From Planctomycetota bacterium (GTDB lineage: Bacteria; Planctomycetota; Planctomycetia; Planctomycetales; Planctomycetaceae): a stretch of 64,000 nt of DNA. Made by a program: the position numbers and the translations under genes. Shown here one piece after another: positions 1-10,644 of the stretch (positions are counted from its first letter, which is position 1; each line of letters begins with the position of its first letter). The notes beneath the pieces were generated by a model, which ran no database searches, had not been told where the DNA came from, and worked only from the letters and a program-made list of their open reading frames with translations. The DNA lies in NCBI GenBank assembly GCA_016872645.1, contig VGZH01000017.1, positions 4,626-68,625 on the forward strand, read 5' to 3'.

Positions 1-113
1 CCACATTTGGCCGGTTCAAGTTTCTTCAGCGTCTCGATTTTCTGTGGCTTGTCCTCCGAAACCGCGACTGAGGCACAGAACGCCACGGCGACGAACAGCA
101 GGCGAGCGATCAT
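1..113 (-). CDS. Partial CDS: N-terminus of a secreted protein, continuing past the left window edge
   Basis: ATG at 111-113 on the reverse strand. My translation is MIARLLFVAVAFCASVAVSEDKPQKIETLKKLEPAKC, which looks like a signal peptide. The frame stays open to position 1. Same orientation as the upstream MFS gene. Confidence 0.35.
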   Translation of the reverse strand, partial: MIARLLFVAVAFCASVAVSEDKPQKIETLKKLEPAKC

Positions 114-177
114 GAGAATTCCCTTTGAGGACGGCGAAGCAGAAATCCAAACCGGCGTTGACGCGCCGCACTCCCAA

Positions 178-1746
178 TCAGTCCGGCAGCGGTTGGCCTT
201 TTGTCTCCGGCGCGAACCAGATGATGCCCATTCCGATGACGTAGATGAAACTCATGGCCGAGCAGGCCAATGGGTAACCTCCGGCAAAATCGTGTCCGAG
301 GATGTTGGTCGTGGGGACTTTCGTCAGCAGGCCAGCCTGCAGAGCGCCGATCGCCGCCAGGATGCGGCCGAAGTTGAATGAGAATCCCTGCCCGGTGGCT
401 CGAACTTTCGTCGCGAACAGTTCCGGCAGGTACAACGGCAGCCAACCGTAAAACGCCGCCGTGCAAGTCCCGGCCAGGAAGCAGGTGACGAGAAAGAATG
501 TGCCGTACTCCGTATTGCCCTGGAAGAACAGCAGCGCCGTGGCCAGCGAGCAGATGCACATCCCGAAGTAAGTCATGCGCCGCCCGAGCCAGTCACCGAT
601 CAGTGCAGCGGCGATCGTCCCGATAATCGCTCCGATCGCCAGACAAATCTGCGTGTGCTCGCGAGCGAACGGCACGTCCGTCCGGCCTTGCGTCAGTTTA
701 CCCGCCCAGGCCGGAGCCCACTGCGTCGAACCCCAGGTCCCCAACAGCGCAACACCGCTCAAGCAGGCTCCCAGCAGCATGCGCCGCAGAGTTGGCTTCC
801 AGATGTCCGCTTCCGCGGTGATTCCACTGAGGGCAAATGTTCGTTTCAGAAACTGCATCACCGGGAAGACATATCCGACCGTAGCAATCGTCAGTCCAAT
901 CAGCGTCCCCACAATTCGTGCCGCGAGACCAACGTCGTTTGACCAGACGTAGATGATCACCGCCGGCCCCACCGCTCCGACAAACACCCCCAGCAGATCG
1001 CGAGTCGCCCACTGCGACGTCGAACCGCGACCCTTTTCTTGCTCCCATTTGTGGGATTCGGGGACGAACAGTCGAAAGAAAAACGTCAGCAGCGCGGGAG
1101 TCGCGCCGAGAATCATCATCAGCCGCCAACCCTTGAAGGCCACGAGCGATTTGCAGGTCTCCGCTGACAAACCGAGCGTGAGGAGCCATTGCTCCATGTT
1201 TCCCAGGATCGACGTCAGTCCCATGCCGATCACACCGACCAGCAGATAGCCGACGTTTGCCGCGGCTCCGATCAAACCGGCCATTAACGCTCGCGAGCGA
1301 TTCGGCCAGACCTCCATGACCAGTGCCACACCCAAAGCCCACTCGCCACCCATGCCCAACGAGGCGATGAACCGCATCACGGCGATCTGCAACGGCGACG
1401 CGACAACACCGCACAACCCGGTGAAGATCGCGTACGTCGCCACGGAGAGCGACATCGCACGCACGCGACCAATGCGATCCCCCAGCCAGCCGAACACCAC
1501 TCCACCGGTCGCGGCACCGACCAAAAAGACCGCGATCACCACGCCGAAATAAAACCCGATCAGAGCCTCTTGAGCTTCCGTCGGTTTCCCCGTGAAGCCC
1601 ATCAAGTCCTGGATGGCCGACCGGCCGACCATCGAGAACAGTCCCATCTCGAAGCCGTCGAACATCCAGCCCAGCAGTGCGGCGGTCAACGCCAGATACT
1701 GCCCCGCCTTGGTGATCTGCCGGGGACTCTCGGTCGAAGAACTCAT
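178..1746 (-). CDS. MFS transporter
   Basis: 522-aa ORF with many hydrophobic helices. Two MFS loop signatures are present: GWLGDRIGRVR and IGDWLGRRMTY. Confidence 0.85.
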   Translation of the reverse strand: MSSSTESPRQITKAGQYLALTAALLGWMFDGFEMGLFSMVGRSAIQDLMGFTGKPTEAQEALIGFYFGVVIAVFLVGAATGGVVFGWLGDRIGRVRAMSLSVATYAIFTGLCGVVASPLQIAVMRFIASLGMGGEWALGVALVMEVWPNRSRALMAGLIGAAANVGYLLVGVIGMGLTSILGNMEQWLLTLGLSAETCKSLVAFKGWRLMMILGATPALLTFFFRLFVPESHKWEQEKGRGSTSQWATRDLLGVFVGAVGPAVIIYVWSNDVGLAARIVGTLIGLTIATVGYVFPVMQFLKRTFALSGITAEADIWKPTLRRMLLGACLSGVALLGTWGSTQWAPAWAGKLTQGRTDVPFAREHTQICLAIGAIIGTIAAALIGDWLGRRMTYFGMCICSLATALLFFQGNTEYGTFFLVTCFLAGTCTAAFYGWLPLYLPELFATKVRATGQGFSFNFGRILAAIGALQAGLLTKVPTTNILGHDFAGGYPLACSAMSFIYVIGMGIIWFAPETKGQPLPD

Positions 1747-1882
1747 GCGCGGTCGCCTTTCGTGCTGGTGATGCGTGACGAAGAGGCGACAGCATATCGC
1801 GACAGTGACAAAGGGTCAGGGGCTAGGGGTCAAAGCAATTGCCTTGATCCTGGCTCCTCATCCCCAGCTCCTAATTCCTCGA

Positions 1883-4800
1883 CTACGCCAGTGCGGCCAG
1901 CAACGCGGCCGACAACGTAAAAGTCGTGTCGATCTCGTTGGTCGGATCGAAGACTGTGTCGCTCCCTTCACCGGGGTTGATGGTGTCGAAGCTGCCTTGG
2001 CCATTGAGGGAATCGTCTCCTTCGTCTCCGAGCAGTACGTCCCGACCGGCGCCACCGGCCATCGTGTCGTTGCCGTCACCGCCAGTGAGCGTGTCGTTGC
2101 CGGCAGCTCCATTTATGACGTCGTCGCCGTTGCCACCCCCAAGTAGATCGTTGCCATTCAGGCCATCGAGCGTGTCATCGCCGTCGCCGCCGCTGATCGT
2201 ATCGTCGCCGTCGTGACCGACGATCGAGTCATTGCCGTCATCGCCGTCGAGCTTGTCATTGCCGTTCTCGCCGGTGATCGTGTCGTCGCTGCCACCTCCA
2301 CGAACCGTATCGTTTCCGAGATTGCCATTGAGGCTGTCTGCTTCATTGCCGCCGAGGATTGAGTCGTTACCGTCACCGCCATCGACGACATCGGTCCCGT
2401 CACCGGCATCGATCGAGTCGTTCCCTGCCTCGCCGTTAATCGTGTCCGCACCGACATCTCCCGTCACAGAGTCATCCCCCGCGCCGGCATTGACACTGTC
2501 GGCACCGTCTCCGGCGAGGATGCGATCGTTGCCGGTCCCACCCAGGATCGTGTCGTCACCCAGTCCACCGAAGATCAGATCGTTGCCCCCTTGACCATCC
2601 AGCACATCGTCGCCGTCGCCGCCGTTGAGCGAATCAATGCCGGCGCTGCCGGTCAGCGAGTCATCGCCGAGTCCGCCGACTAACGACACGCGGATGAGGC
2701 CAATATTCGCGCCGTTCGAGTTGATCGTGTCGTTGCCGTCACCACCATCAATCGTCAGCAACGTCGCCGTCTGCACTCGATCGAGCGCATTAATGGTGAT
2801 CGTGTCGTCTCCGTCGCCCGCCAAAATGTCCACCACTTGAATGATCGGCGAGACGTTGAGCACCGCCGACCCATCCGTGATTCGCAGTTGCCCATTGGCC
2901 TGCGACACGACAAAGTTGTTCGCCACCGCCGTCCCCTGCACGCGGACACGATCGTAGCCAGATAGACTCGACAACGTGTCGACGCCGTCACCGTTTCCGT
3001 TCCAGACGTAGGTGTCGGAGCCATCGCCACCTTTCACGAGATCGTTGCCACCCTGGCCATCTACGGTGTCGTCGCCAAGCTCACCATCGAGCGTGTCAGC
3101 ACCTGCGCCACCTAATATCGAATCATTGCCGGCTCCTCCGAGCAGCGAGTCGTTCCCGGCCATGCCGTTGAGAAAATCATTGCCGATACTTCCGAGGAGC
3201 GTGTCATTGCCGCTGCCGCCCAACAGGGTGTCCCGTTCCAAATCCGCCGCGCCGCCGCCGGGAATAGTAGGCGGTGGAGGCGGTGGAGGTGGTGGAGGTT
3301 CAACTTGAGGCAGGGTGCCGTAGAACGAGATCTGCCAGGAATCGAACGTGCCCACCGTCCCTGATGCTAAATCGCGAACCTGCAGAGTCCAGGTGCCGAG
3401 CGTGGATTCGTCCCAGTGGCGTGCCGAGGTGAATAACCAATTCCTGTAGTCGTCGTTAGGGTCATTGCGGTCTTCGGCGAGGACCGACTGCGTTCCGTCG
3501 GGAGACGTGAGGATGACTTCCAATTGGCCTCGGACGCTGTGTGTGGTGTTAAACGTGACCTCAACCCATTCGACGCTGATGTCCTCTGTCACGTTCACTG
3601 GAGATGAGACGCCGCTCAGGTTGTTGTCAGGAATTGTTGAATTTACGGCAATTGTAGGCGAAACAACCGTGATTTCGGCATCCACGTTGACATGTGTGAT
3701 CGCCGCATTGACCGCAGCCAAGGCGTCGATCGCTCCGAAGCCGTATTTGTGGTTCACCAAATGTCCGGCACCGTTGAGAACCCAATCCGAATCGGTGGGG
3801 TGATTCTGTTCGGCGGTGTTCACCAAGATGTGTTTGATATCTCGATAGGACAGATTCGGATTGGCTTGAAGCATGAGCGCGATTACGCCGGAGACCAGCG
3901 GGGTAGAGGAAGAGGTGCCGTCGAAGTCATCGCGATAATCTCCTGGATCAGCACCGGCATTACCGATCAGATCGGTTGTCGTGATCCCGTCCGGACTTGT
4001 TCCTGGAACGCCTCGCGAGTAAGCGGTGACCAAAATCGGCGCGCCCGGCTCGCTGTAGGATGCCTGAACGCCATCGTCATCCACGGCAGCAACAGCGATC
4101 ACGAACCGCGAATTGGCGTAACCGTCATAGTTAACGTTGTCATTGTTACCGAGACCGTTGCCGGCCGCCCAAGTGAAGACACTCCCCAAGCCTCCGCGTC
4201 CGTTCGCCGTACCATTTTGAAGTGCGGCCAATGCCAACGGGCCGGGAAAGTCTAAACTCCGGCCATCGTCAGGTGGTCCCCAGCTGTTGTTGTAAATGTC
4301 GATGTCTTGATTCATGAAGCTGAGCGCGTTGCCTTCAAGCAAATCGGTTTGCCCAAAGGCCACGAGCCGCAATCCAGCCAATGACGCACTTGGCGCCGAG
4401 CCTGTGCCCCCCAGTGAGTTGAATCCTCTCGCGGCCGCAACTCCAGCGACAGCCGTGCCGTGACTGTCACCACCTACCGGCGTCGGATCAGAGTCATTGC
4501 CGATGAAATCAAAACTCAAGGCTGAAACATAATTCGGATTCAGATCTTCGTGTGCGTGCTGCAGACCATCATCCACGATGCCGATAACGACGCCCGTGCC
4601 GAGGAAGTTGTCCCACGCTTGTACCACGTTCGCGTCCGCCCCGACGGTGCCTCCTGTCTGGCCAGTGTTTCGAAGATGCCACTGATCAGGGAACAGCGGA
4701 TCGTTGGGAATTGCCCGCGTCGAGACCTCACTGCCGACCAGCGGATAAAAAAACGCGACGTCCTTGTGTTTCTCCAACTCCGCTCGGAGATGCGTCGCCT

Positions 4801-6496
4801 TCTCGGCATCGGGCAGTGTCACTAAATAGGTGTTCTCAATATGTCCGGTGGCCACAAGTGGCAAGATGTCGAGCGAATTGGCGAAAGCGAGCGATGAAAC
4901 GCCAGTATTGAGCGACACGATCCATTGCTTCGGTTTGGTTTGCGGGTCGGCGGCGACCTCGGTCGTGATACGGCGTGCCGTCTCTACGAACCGAGCTTTT
5001 TGTATCCGGTCCAGATCACGGGCTGACGCGATTCCGCTCGACGCGCCATCGTTATCGAGAATCGTGACGTCGCAAACTGCGTTTTCCAGCAGCGAATTTT
5101 GTGGATTGCTCAGGAGGATGCGGAAGGTTTTCGTGCCCTCCAGCAGCGTGTCACCCAAAATGGAAATAGTGATCGACTGCGTGGTCACTCCCGGAGCGAA
5201 CGTCAGTTGACCGCTCTTGGCGACGTAATCGCTGTCTGCCAGCGCAGTCCCGTTCTCGGTGCGAAACGACACGCGAATCGTCTGCAAACTTGCTTCCGCC
5301 AAAGTGACATTCAGTGTGGCGATGGTTGACCCCGTGTCTCCTTCCGTGACCGAAGCTGACGCGGCGATAGACACGGCGGAACCAAGGCTCTGCAGGAGGT
5401 CGTTGCCGGCTCCACCATCGACCGAATCAACGCCCCCACCGCCGAACAACGTGTCGTTGCCGGCTTGTCCCAGAACTGTGTCATCGTCCAACCCTCCCGA
5501 CAGCAGATCGTTTCCCGTGCTGCCGAGCAGCGAGTCGCCCCCCGCGCCGCCGATGGCTGTGTCATTACCCGCCCCGGCCGAGATCGTGTCGTTGTCTGCA
5601 CCGCCGTCGATCGCATCATCACCCGTTTCGCCCAACAAACTGTCCGCCCCGTCGTCGCCGTTGAGCGAGTCGTTGCCGGCGCCGCCGTTGATCGTGTCGA
5701 GGCCATCGCCGCCGGAGACAGTGTCGTTCCCAGTCCCGCCGAGAATCGAATCGTTTTCCGCGCCACCCAGCAACGAATCATTACCGTTGTCGCCGCTGAG
5801 TGTGTCGTTGTCCGCGTCGCCGTTGAGCGTGTCGCTGCCGTCGCCGCCATTGAGCGAATCAAAGCCGGCATCGCCGAAGACACGATCGGCTCCGTTCCCG
5901 GCGATGACGGTGTCGTTCCCCGCATCTCCGTGAATCGAGTCCGCGCCGTCTCCACCGAACACCGAGTCGTCGCCTTCCTGACCGGAAAGCGTGTCGTTGC
6001 CGTTGCCACCTTCCAGCGTGTCACCCGCCAACGCACCCGTGATTGAGTCGGCTCCGTTGCCCCCGATCAAGCTGTCGGCGAATTCGCTGCCGAAGATCGT
6101 GTCGCTGCCATCGCCGCCGTTGACGGTGACAGTCAACGCCGCATCGAAGGCGGCCGTCGTGACGTTCGTGAGATCGATTCGGTTCGGCCCATCACCACCG
6201 AAGACGCTGATCGATGTCAGCGAGCTGACCGCAATCGTCGGAGTTGCGATCACCAGCGAGCCGTTCGACAGCACTTCGAGATTCCCCGAAGCGTCCGCTT
6301 GAATCGTGACGTTGTCGCTGCTCTCCAACTGTACTAGAAGCTCGGTGTCGTTGATGATCAACGGAGTGACCGCCAGCAAACAGCGAGGTTCGAGCAACTC
6401 GGCGAGGCGGTGTGCTTGTGGAACCGGTGCGGCTCGGCGAGCGGAATGTCGGACGCAGCGCGCACGAAGTGAGCGTAACCAAGATTGAAGCGACAT
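1883..6496 (-). CDS. Giant secreted mosaic protein: RTX-like Ca-binding repeats, Calx-beta domain, kexin-like S8 serine protease with P-domain, poly-Pro linker, second RTX block
   Basis: S8 catalytic motifs: IVDDGLQHAHEDL (Asp), DSHGTAVAGVAAA (His), GTSSSTPLVSGVIALM (Ser). A P-domain-like segment ends in WQISFYG. The Calx-beta-like segment reads ADSDYVAKSGQLTFAPG...ILGDTLLEG. There are dozens of GGxGxD/GxDxL nonapeptide repeats. I prefer the start at ATG 6494-6496 (MSLQSWLRSL...LEPRCLLAV) over the ORF-track start at 6664. Confidence 0.85.
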   Translation of the reverse strand: MSLQSWLRSLRARCVRHSARRAAPVPQAHRLAELLEPRCLLAVTPLIINDTELLVQLESSDNVTIQADASGNLEVLSNGSLVIATPTIAVSSLTSISVFGGDGPNRIDLTNVTTAAFDAALTVTVNGGDGSDTIFGSEFADSLIGGNGADSITGALAGDTLEGGNGNDTLSGQEGDDSVFGGDGADSIHGDAGNDTVIAGNGADRVFGDAGFDSLNGGDGSDTLNGDADNDTLSGDNGNDSLLGGAENDSILGGTGNDTVSGGDGLDTINGGAGNDSLNGDDGADSLLGETGDDAIDGGADNDTISAGAGNDTAIGGAGGDSLLGSTGNDLLSGGLDDDTVLGQAGNDTLFGGGGVDSVDGGAGNDLLQSLGSAVSIAASASVTEGDTGSTIATLNVTLAEASLQTIRVSFRTENGTALADSDYVAKSGQLTFAPGVTTQSITISILGDTLLEGTKTFRILLSNPQNSLLENAVCDVTILDNDGASSGIASARDLDRIQKARFVETARRITTEVAADPQTKPKQWIVSLNTGVSSLAFANSLDILPLVATGHIENTYLVTLPDAEKATHLRAELEKHKDVAFFYPLVGSEVSTRAIPNDPLFPDQWHLRNTGQTGGTVGADANVVQAWDNFLGTGVVIGIVDDGLQHAHEDLNPNYVSALSFDFIGNDSDPTPVGGDSHGTAVAGVAAARGFNSLGGTGSAPSASLAGLRLVAFGQTDLLEGNALSFMNQDIDIYNNSWGPPDDGRSLDFPGPLALAALQNGTANGRGGLGSVFTWAAGNGLGNNDNVNYDGYANSRFVIAVAAVDDDGVQASYSEPGAPILVTAYSRGVPGTSPDGITTTDLIGNAGADPGDYRDDFDGTSSSTPLVSGVIALMLQANPNLSYRDIKHILVNTAEQNHPTDSDWVLNGAGHLVNHKYGFGAIDALAAVNAAITHVNVDAEITVVSPTIAVNSTIPDNNLSGVSSPVNVTEDISVEWVEVTFNTTHSVRGQLEVILTSPDGTQSVLAEDRNDPNDDYRNWLFTSARHWDESTLGTWTLQVRDLASGTVGTFDSWQISFYGTLPQVEPPPPPPPPPPTIPGGGAADLERDTLLGGSGNDTLLGSIGNDFLNGMAGNDSLLGGAGNDSILGGAGADTLDGELGDDTVDGQGGNDLVKGGDGSDTYVWNGNGDGVDTLSSLSGYDRVRVQGTAVANNFVVSQANGQLRITDGSAVLNVSPIIQVVDILAGDGDDTITINALDRVQTATLLTIDGGDGNDTINSNGANIGLIRVSLVGGLGDDSLTGSAGIDSLNGGDGDDVLDGQGGNDLIFGGLGDDTILGGTGNDRILAGDGADSVNAGAGDDSVTGDVGADTINGEAGNDSIDAGDGTDVVDGGDGNDSILGGNEADSLNGNLGNDTVRGGGSDDTITGENGNDKLDGDDGNDSIVGHDGDDTISGGDGDDTLDGLNGNDLLGGGNGDDVINGAAGNDTLTGGDGNDTMAGGAGRDVLLGDEGDDSLNGQGSFDTINPGEGSDTVFDPTNEIDTTFTLSAALLAALA

Positions 6497-7096
6497 GGGG
6501 CTGGGCTTCCGTTGGCTGAAGTTCGCCCGCCTTTTCAAGCCGACGAACTGGGCAATCGAAGTTGTCACCCCAAAACGCTCACGCCAACGTCCTTGATTCG
6601 TCGGTGCGGCGCGGTCCGCAGGCTGGGCACGCTTGCTGGTCCTTGGTCCGGCAAGAGTCTCCAACCGTCAAGACAGAGTAGGGGTGTCGTGTTGATCGAC
6701 CACAACGCTCGTGACGCTGACGACGTGTTGTGCCGAGGAATCCGATTTCTCACGATTGCTCGCCGTCAGGCACTTTGATTCGCAAGCGAGGCAGGACCGC
6801 CGCGACTGCTGCATTCCGATTGATAATTGCTGCGCGAGTAATCGTCGAAAAGCATACAGCCGGAATATCAGGACTTCGTGGTACGGTCCCGCTTGACGAT
6901 TATGCTGCGTTGAGTTGCTCTGCCGGTTGTGCCATATTGCAGCGCTCGTACAACCGGAATTTTTGGAATAATTTCACCAATCTTGTTGGGCCCAAGAATC
7001 CCAAGGCTCAACTACCGCAAACATATTTCCTCCCAGACTGACCCTTTGGATTGATGCGTGGCACTCGCAGATTCGATCCCCTGGAAAGTTCCAATT

Positions 7097-8335
7097 ATGC
7101 CGAAGAAGACCATCGCCGACATCGATGTTCGCGACAAAGCCGTGCTTACCCGGGTTGATTTCAACGTCCCGCTCGACGGCCAGACAATTACCGACGATCT
7201 CCGCATCCGTATGGCGATTCCGACCATTCAGTCGGTGCTTGACCGCGGCGGCCGAGCCATCCTGATGAGCCATCTGGGGCGTCCAGAAGGCAAAGGCCCT
7301 GAGCCGGTATTCAGCCTGAAGCCGGTTGCTGTGCGACTCTCGGAATTGCTTGGCCGACCGGTCATGTTCGCCACCGACACTGTCGGGTCGGATGCTCAAG
7401 CGAAAGTGATGTCATTGGCCAACGGCGGTGTGCTGTTGTTGGAAAACGTCCGTTTCAATGCTGGCGAGGACGAGAAGTCCTTCAAAAAGAAGACAGGCCA
7501 ATCCAATGATCCCGAGTACTTCAATGCTCTCGCACGGTTCGGCGACGTCTACTGCAATGACGCCTTCGGAACGTGTCACCGAGCCGAAAATGCCTCGATG
7601 CACAACGTTCCCAAAGCGATGACCGGCAAGCCGAAGGTCATGGGCTTCCTGGTTGAGAAGGAAGTGAAGTACCTCGAAGAGGCCATCGCGAATCCAGCTC
7701 GCCCGTTCGTGGCGATCCTCGGTGGCAAGAAGGTCAGCGACAAGATCGGCGTCATCCAAAATCTGCTGCCGAAGTGCGATCAAATCCTGATTGGCGGAGC
7801 CATGGCCTACACGTTCGCGCTCGCGAAAGGGCTGAAGATCGGTAAGAGCTACGCCAAGTCCGAAGACGTGCCGCTCGCCCAAAAACTGTTGGCCGAAGGC
7901 GCCGCCAAGATCGTGCTGCCGATCGATAACAACGCCTTCGACAATTTTGTGTGGGACAACTACACGGCTGATCCCAGCCGAACGAAAGTCTTCCCCTTTG
8001 GCGAACTGGCTGACAGCTTTGAAGGTCTCGACATCGGGCCCGGGACGATTCAGCGGTATGTCGGCATTGTGAAGTCCGCGAAGACCGTCATCTGGAACGG
8101 GCCGATGGGGGCGTTCGAACTGCCGCCATTCGACGCCGGCACGCGGGCGGTCGCTCAAGCGATTGCCGATTCCGCTGCGATCAGCATCATCGGTGGGGGC
8201 GACAGCGCGGCGGCCATCGAACAAATGGGCTTCGCTGACAAAGTCACGCACTTGAGCACCGGCGGCGGCGCGAGCCTCGAACTCCTCGAAGGCAGGAAGT
8301 TCGAAACACTGGCAATCCTCGACGACAAACCTTGA
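7097..8335 (+). CDS. pgk: Phosphoglycerate kinase
   Basis: The N-terminus [26 protein letters not shown] is typical of [15 protein letters not shown] and [10 protein letters not shown] motifs are also present. I prefer ATG 7097 to the upstream start at 7058. Confidence 0.95.
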   Translation: MPKKTIADIDVRDKAVLTRVDFNVPLDGQTITDDLRIRMAIPTIQSVLDRGGRAILMSHLGRPEGKGPEPVFSLKPVAVRLSELLGRPVMFATDTVGSDAQAKVMSLANGGVLLLENVRFNAGEDEKSFKKKTGQSNDPEYFNALARFGDVYCNDAFGTCHRAENASMHNVPKAMTGKPKVMGFLVEKEVKYLEEAIANPARPFVAILGGKKVSDKIGVIQNLLPKCDQILIGGAMAYTFALAKGLKIGKSYAKSEDVPLAQKLLAEGAAKIVLPIDNNAFDNFVWDNYTADPSRTKVFPFGELADSFEGLDIGPGTIQRYVGIVKSAKTVIWNGPMGAFELPPFDAGTRAVAQAIADSAAISIIGGGDSAAAIEQMGFADKVTHLSTGGGASLELLEGRKFETLAILDDKP

Positions 8336-8457
8336 TTCTGCCGTCGCTGGGAGGCCCTGCCGGGCAATCGGAAGTCCGCAATATTTGACGGATACAATCT
8401 GTCGGGTGTTGGTTATACTTCCCCGGTCGGTTAATCCTTTCGGAGAGGCACCCCATC

Positions 8458-10530
8458 GTGAGCGTCGTGTTGCAAGACCCCCTGCACGAGAATGCAACTC
8501 GGCTCGATGAGCCGGAGACGGATGTCCGTCGCGATTTGGACGCACCGCGTCTACCTGCGGACGAGGTCATTCTGTTGGAGTTCGTGGACGAATCGGACCC
8601 CAGCGGAACGGTCGGTACCCGAACGGTGTTCGGAGGATTTTTGGTCAGCCTGCTGCTGCATGTCTGGCTGATGATGAACCTCGGTGGCTGGCTGTTGCCC
8701 GAATCGGTCGAAGCGCTCGAGCCGGTGCTTGAAACCACATTTGCGGAAAAGGTGATTCATCAAGAGATCGAGGACGCGATCCCGTTCGAACTGGCGAACC
8801 CCGACGATCGCGAGCTCGAAGTCCGCGAAGTCACGAACGCGATGAGCCTGGGTCTGGCCGTTGTGGAAAACGTCCCGAAGGTTGCCGCCCCGGCGAAGCA
8901 GTTGCTCGATGAAGCACGCGTCGATCTCGCCAGGCTGCCCGCCTACGACGTGCCTGAAGGCTTAAAGTTCGATGACCGCCTCGTCGTCAAAGGTTCAACC
9001 GGTGAGCAAATGGTGCAGATCGAATCGGCACTTGATCGCGTCACCTGGGAGATCGCTCAGAACTTGCAAGAGAGCAAGTTGTTGGTCGTCTGGTTACTCG
9101 ATGGGTCCGGCAGCTTGAAGACGCAGCGCGATGCGGTCGCCAAACGGCTGCGACGTATCTACGGGGAACTGGGTGCCCTGGACAACACCAGCACAATTCC
9201 GCGGCACGAAAAGGGACTGCTCTCCAGCGTCGTGATGTTTGGTGAGAAGACGAACTTTGTCGTCAAACCAACCGACAAGTTCGAAGATGTCCAAGAGGGT
9301 ATCGCCAACTTGCCCACAGATTCTTCCGGCGTGGAAAACGTCTTCACAGCGGTCAAGCAGACCGTGAATCTGTGGTCCAGTTATCGCAGCGAGCAGCATC
9401 GCCGCATCATGCTGATCACGATCACCGACGAAGCGGGTGACGATTTCGGAAAGCCTCATCTCGAAGCCATTGCGATTTGCCGCCGCTACGGGGCGAAGGC
9501 ATACGTCATCGGCCCGACCTCTCCGTTCGGACAGCGGCGCGGATTCGTCCCGTACGTCGCTCCGGAGAATGGCCGGACGTACCAAATTCCCATCGACCTC
9601 GGCCCGGAAGCCCCGATGGCGGAAAATGTCAGCCTGCCGTTCTGGTTCAATGGCCCGCAGTACGAGTACCTCTCGTCCGGATTCGCACCGTTTGGATTGG
9701 CTCGATTGGTCAGCGAAACCGGGGGCGTTTATTTTTTGACAAACATGACGACGATGGCTGGCTTGGCCCCGATCGGCAGTTTTGACGAAGCCACGCTGCG
9801 AACGTTCGCTCCCGACTATAGTTTCGGCGAGATTAACGAGTTCGCGAAGGATATTCGCAAACATCCGCTTCGAGCTTGCGTGCTCAACGCGGCGCAGATG
9901 AGCCAACGATTCAAGATCAAAGGTGCACCGCGACTCGACATTCGAGTGGCCGCCAACAACTTTCGCCAAACCGCGACCGAAGCCCAGAAAGATGTCGCCG
10001 AGAGTCAGTACATGCTCGACGCGATGCTGCAAGCATTCCCCCCCGGCATCGAAAAGCAACTCGAGCGGGAACCGTCGTTGCGTTGGCGCATGGCCTTCTG
10101 TTTGAACTACGGACGACTCCTCGCGAATCGCACGCGGAACTTGGAATACAACTCGTTGTTGGCTTTGATGAAAACATCTTTGTCGGAAGGGGACATCAAC
10201 ACACGCTCCAATCACTGGATCTTCCATCCTTCGCCGGACGTGAAAAATTCCGGTGTCGCCAGCAAGAAGGGAGCGCAACTCGCGGTCGATTTGCTCAACC
10301 GAGTTGTCACCGAAGCTCCCGGCACCCCGTGGGCCATCATGGCTGCTCGCGAATTACAGCATCCCTTGGGAATTCGTGTTGAGGAACGCTTCATCCCGCC
10401 GCCGCCACCACCCGCGCAGAATAAGGCTCAGGCGGCGCCCGCCAAGCCACGTCCACTGTTCGTCCCTGAACCGACGAAGCAGGCACCGCGCACTCCGCCT
10501 CCTAAGCCACCGGTCTTGCCGAAGCTCTAG
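8458..10530 (+). CDS. Membrane-anchored vWA-domain protein with a Pro-rich C-terminus
   Basis: GTG start. N-terminal TM segment FGGFLVSLLLHVWLMM. MIDAS-like DGSGS within VVWLLDGSGSLKTQRD, followed by ITDEAGDD. The tail is PPPPPAQNKAQAAPAKPRP. Confidence 0.7.
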   Translation: MSVVLQDPLHENATRLDEPETDVRRDLDAPRLPADEVILLEFVDESDPSGTVGTRTVFGGFLVSLLLHVWLMMNLGGWLLPESVEALEPVLETTFAEKVIHQEIEDAIPFELANPDDRELEVREVTNAMSLGLAVVENVPKVAAPAKQLLDEARVDLARLPAYDVPEGLKFDDRLVVKGSTGEQMVQIESALDRVTWEIAQNLQESKLLVVWLLDGSGSLKTQRDAVAKRLRRIYGELGALDNTSTIPRHEKGLLSSVVMFGEKTNFVVKPTDKFEDVQEGIANLPTDSSGVENVFTAVKQTVNLWSSYRSEQHRRIMLITITDEAGDDFGKPHLEAIAICRRYGAKAYVIGPTSPFGQRRGFVPYVAPENGRTYQIPIDLGPEAPMAENVSLPFWFNGPQYEYLSSGFAPFGLARLVSETGGVYFLTNMTTMAGLAPIGSFDEATLRTFAPDYSFGEINEFAKDIRKHPLRACVLNAAQMSQRFKIKGAPRLDIRVAANNFRQTATEAQKDVAESQYMLDAMLQAFPPGIEKQLEREPSLRWRMAFCLNYGRLLANRTRNLEYNSLLALMKTSLSEGDINTRSNHWIFHPSPDVKNSGVASKKGAQLAVDLLNRVVTEAPGTPWAIMAARELQHPLGIRVEERFIPPPPPPAQNKAQAAPAKPRPLFVPEPTKQAPRTPPPKPPVLPKL

Positions 10531-10644
10531 TAGCCGCTAAAAACCTCCGTCGCCCGACTGTTCCAACCCGGCTACGTGCTGGGAAAATCTCTATCAAGTT
10601 GCTCCGGTATTTTTGAAGTTCCGCGCAACCAAAAGGAGTCCGAC

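Noticed and set aside
698-1795. Long ORFs antisense to, or out of frame with, confident genes. Examples: 698-1795, 7412-8545, 9094-10278, 13009-13842, 31267-32082, 32086-32919, 36834-37802, 43829-44323.
   Set aside because: These are typical shadow ORFs of GC-rich DNA. Their translations are Arg/Ala/Gly/Ser-rich with no motifs. Each fully overlaps a gene with clear family signatures on the other strand or frame.
3258-3300. GGTGGAGG-type G-rich tract as a G-quadruplex or slipped-strand phase-variation switch.
   Set aside because: It is the antisense of an 11-residue poly-Pro linker, coded by mixed CCN codons rather than a perfect homopolymer or short tandem repeat. Phase variation by slippage is therefore unlikely.
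1883-6496. Periodic DNA repeats in the giant gene as a possible CRISPR array or satellite.
   Set aside because: The periodicity is the 27-nt RTX nonapeptide repeat, within one continuous ORF. There are no direct repeats separated by unique spacers and no cas genes.
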